DNA of 36,412 nucleotides from Candidatus Gastranaerophilales bacterium (GTDB taxonomy: Bacteria; Cyanobacteriota; Vampirovibrionia; Gastranaerophilales; Gastranaerophilaceae): NCBI GenBank assembly GCA_944324895.1, contig CALUYC010000066.1, forward strand, positions 1-36,412. The letters are read 5' to 3'. The notes beneath the pieces are model-generated. The model did not search any database. It worked only from the letters and a program-made list of their open reading frames with translations, and had not been told where the DNA came from. The translations under genes were made by a program, and so were the position numbers. Below, in pieces: positions 35,180 to 36,412 of the stretch (position 1 is its first letter; the number at the start of each line of letters is the position of its first letter).

Positions 35180-35750
35180 AAAAACAAGAAATACAGCAGA
35201 AACGCAAATTTCAATAACACTTAACCCTACAGGTAGCGGAAATTACGAAATTTGTACACCTGTAAACTTTTTTAGTCACATGCTTGAACTATTATGCGTA
35301 CATGCCATGTTCGATTTAAAAGTAGAGGCTAAATCATTAGACGGTGATCCGCACCATTTGGTTGAAGATGTTGCAATCGCCCTTGGGGAAGCTATTAAAG
35401 ACGCGCTTGGAGATAAAAAGGGTATCAACAGATATGCAAGTATGATTTTACCAATGGATGAAGCGTTGATATTGTGCGCACTTGATGTTTCGGGCAGGTC
35501 GTTTTGCAATATTGAAGTTAATATAAAAGAAGAAAAAACCTCGGACTTTGAAACTGTACTTTTGGCGCATTTTTTCCAAAGCCTTTCTGCAAATTCGGGA
35601 ATAACATTGCATATTAAACAGCTTGCCGGAATTGACCCGCATCATATAATTGAGTGCACATTTAAAGCATTTGCAAGGGCAATAAAAATAGCAATAGCAA
35701 CAGATACAAGCAATCCGGATAAAATCCCTTCAACAAAAGGTGTACTTTAA
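35166..35750 (+). CDS. hisB: Imidazoleglycerol-phosphate dehydratase (monofunctional)
   Basis: RNTAETQISI, DPHHLVEDVAIALG and DPHHIIECTFKAFARA motifs. 14-nt overlap with the upstream gene. Confidence 0.93.
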   Translation: MQIVEKTRNTAETQISITLNPTGSGNYEICTPVNFFSHMLELLCVHAMFDLKVEAKSLDGDPHHLVEDVAIALGEAIKDALGDKKGINRYASMILPMDEALILCALDVSGRSFCNIEVNIKEEKTSDFETVLLAHFFQSLSANSGITLHIKQLAGIDPHHIIECTFKAFARAIKIAIATDTSNPDKIPSTKGVL

Positions 35751-35806
35751 AAAGAAAAATCTTGAATTTTTTTTATGTTTTAAGGATAATCTTTTTGTTG
35801 AATTCG

Positions 35807-35942
35807 TGACAACTAAATAAATTTAAAAAATGGCAAGGTAGCTCACTGAGCGACGAAGTTGCGATTTAGAATTGAGAGCAGCGCTCGAGCCAACTGAGCC
35901 AAATGACAACTAAATAAATTTAAAAAATGGCAAGGTAGCTCA
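35807..35942 (+). repeat. 39-nt direct repeat (25 nt upstream sequence plus the first 14 nt of tRNA-Met), two copies 97 nt apart
   Basis: TGACAACTAAATAAATTTAAAAAATGGCAAGGTAGCTCA occurs identically at 35807..35845 and 35904..35942. The spacer contains an inverted D-arm-like string (reverse complement GCTCAGTTGGCTCGAGCGC). Confidence 0.85.
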
Positions 35943-36002
35943 GTTGGTGAGAGCGCACGGCTCATACCCGTGAGGTCGAGAGTTCGAATCTCTCCCTTGC
36001 TA
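35929..36002 (+). tRNA. tRNA with CAU anticodon (elongator Met or lysidine-modified Ile2), no CCA encoded
   Basis: GGCAAGGTAGCTCAGTTGGTGAGAGCGCACGGCTCATACCCGTGAGGTCGAGAGTTCGAATCTCTCCCTTGCTA folds as a cloverleaf with a G1-U72 wobble. The anticodon stem is not initiator-like. Confidence 0.85.
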
Positions 36003-36302
36003 TTTTTATATACAATATTCACGGGATTCGCCCTGCGCTGCACGGCTTTTGGCTCTAAACATACTTTGTACATGGCTGCTCAAATACTTTCGCAGCCACA
36101 AACCATTTTGCCTGTCCGTGAGGTCGAGAGTTCATCTCGCCTTGAAATACAAACAAATTTATACACCTAATTTAAACTGTATTTCTTGGCATACCGACCT
36201 CTAAGCCCCTGAGCTGGCGCCAGGAGCTAAGAGTCTGGCATCCCTTGCTATTTTTATATACAATATTCACGGGATTCGCCCTACGCAGCACGGCTTTTTT
36301 GG
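35993..36302 (+). repeat. About 60-nt direct repeat (last 10 nt of the tRNA plus about 50 nt downstream), two copies 248 nt apart
   Basis: TCCCTTGCTATTTTTATATACAATATTCACGGGATTCGCCCT(G/A)CGC(T/A)GCACGGCTTTT at 35993..36052 and 36241..36302. Confidence 0.85.
36116..36144 (+). pseudogene. Degenerate copy of the tRNA-Met 3' half
   Basis: CCGTGAGGTCGAGAGTTC (36116..36133) is identical to tRNA positions 35968..35985. It is followed by a decayed T-arm/acceptor (ATCTCGCCTTG). Confidence 0.7.
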
Positions 36303-36412
36303 TTTGTAAACAAATGTAAAAATTAGCCCTAAAAATCACTATTAACCATAATGTTTTTGAAAAATTTGCCGATATTTCAAGCAAAGGAAAAGAAGGGCTA
36401 AGTATATGTTTG

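Noticed and set aside
35807-36302. Possible CRISPR array at the repeat cluster
   Set aside because: Each of two different repeats has only two copies. Spacing is unequal (97 and 248 nt), the repeats contain tRNA sequence, and there are no cas genes.
35843-36384. Minus-strand ORFs 35843..36073 and 36172..36384 sharing RRANPVNIVYKNSKG
   Set aside because: Their similarity just reflects the ~60-nt DNA direct repeat. One runs antisense through the tRNA gene, and there are no RBSs. They are treated as non-coding repeat sequence.

Overview
AT-rich bacterial chromosomal window using the standard code. The gene content looks diderm (Skp/OmpH chaperone, a protein with a class-III prepilin signal peptide). 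I cannot place the taxon from sequence alone. Most of the window is housekeeping: rplL (5' end) and rplJ, def-fmt-aroH, an M16 peptidase pair, a PilZ protein, two TPR proteins, OppB/OppC-type permeases, MgtC, infB-rbfA-truB, a GerMN protein, Skp, two tandem plsC paralogues and hisC(fusion)-hisB. There are three tRNAs: Leu-UAA, Ser-UGA and Met/Ile2-CAU. I found no CRISPR array, transposase, integrase or recognisable defence, toxin-antitoxin or secretion-machinery genes. No complete novel multi-gene system is demonstrable here. Five accessory-looking pockets deserve follow-up. (1) 0.9-4.3 kb holds an 800-aa glycine-run, cysteine-rich protein with a prepilin-type N-terminus. An XRE regulator is transcribed divergently across a perfect 7-N5-7 palindrome, and an orphan sigma factor sits next to it. 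(2) 5.4-8.1 kb holds two adjacent proteins without signal peptides that share an N-terminal motif. One carries two annexin repeats; the other has a glycine-zipper membrane core and an in-frame 102-nt tandem duplication. The downstream terminator hairpin sequesters the next gene's Shine-Dalgarno. (3) A continuous HisC-HAD phosphatase fusion overlaps hisB. (4) The tRNA-Met locus at the right edge is embedded in direct repeats that contain tRNA fragments. (5) There is an orphan AcsE-like pterin methyltransferase, and a receiver-degenerate LuxR regulator is paired with a GT11 fucosyltransferase. All family calls come from motif reading by eye and need HMM or BLAST confirmation.
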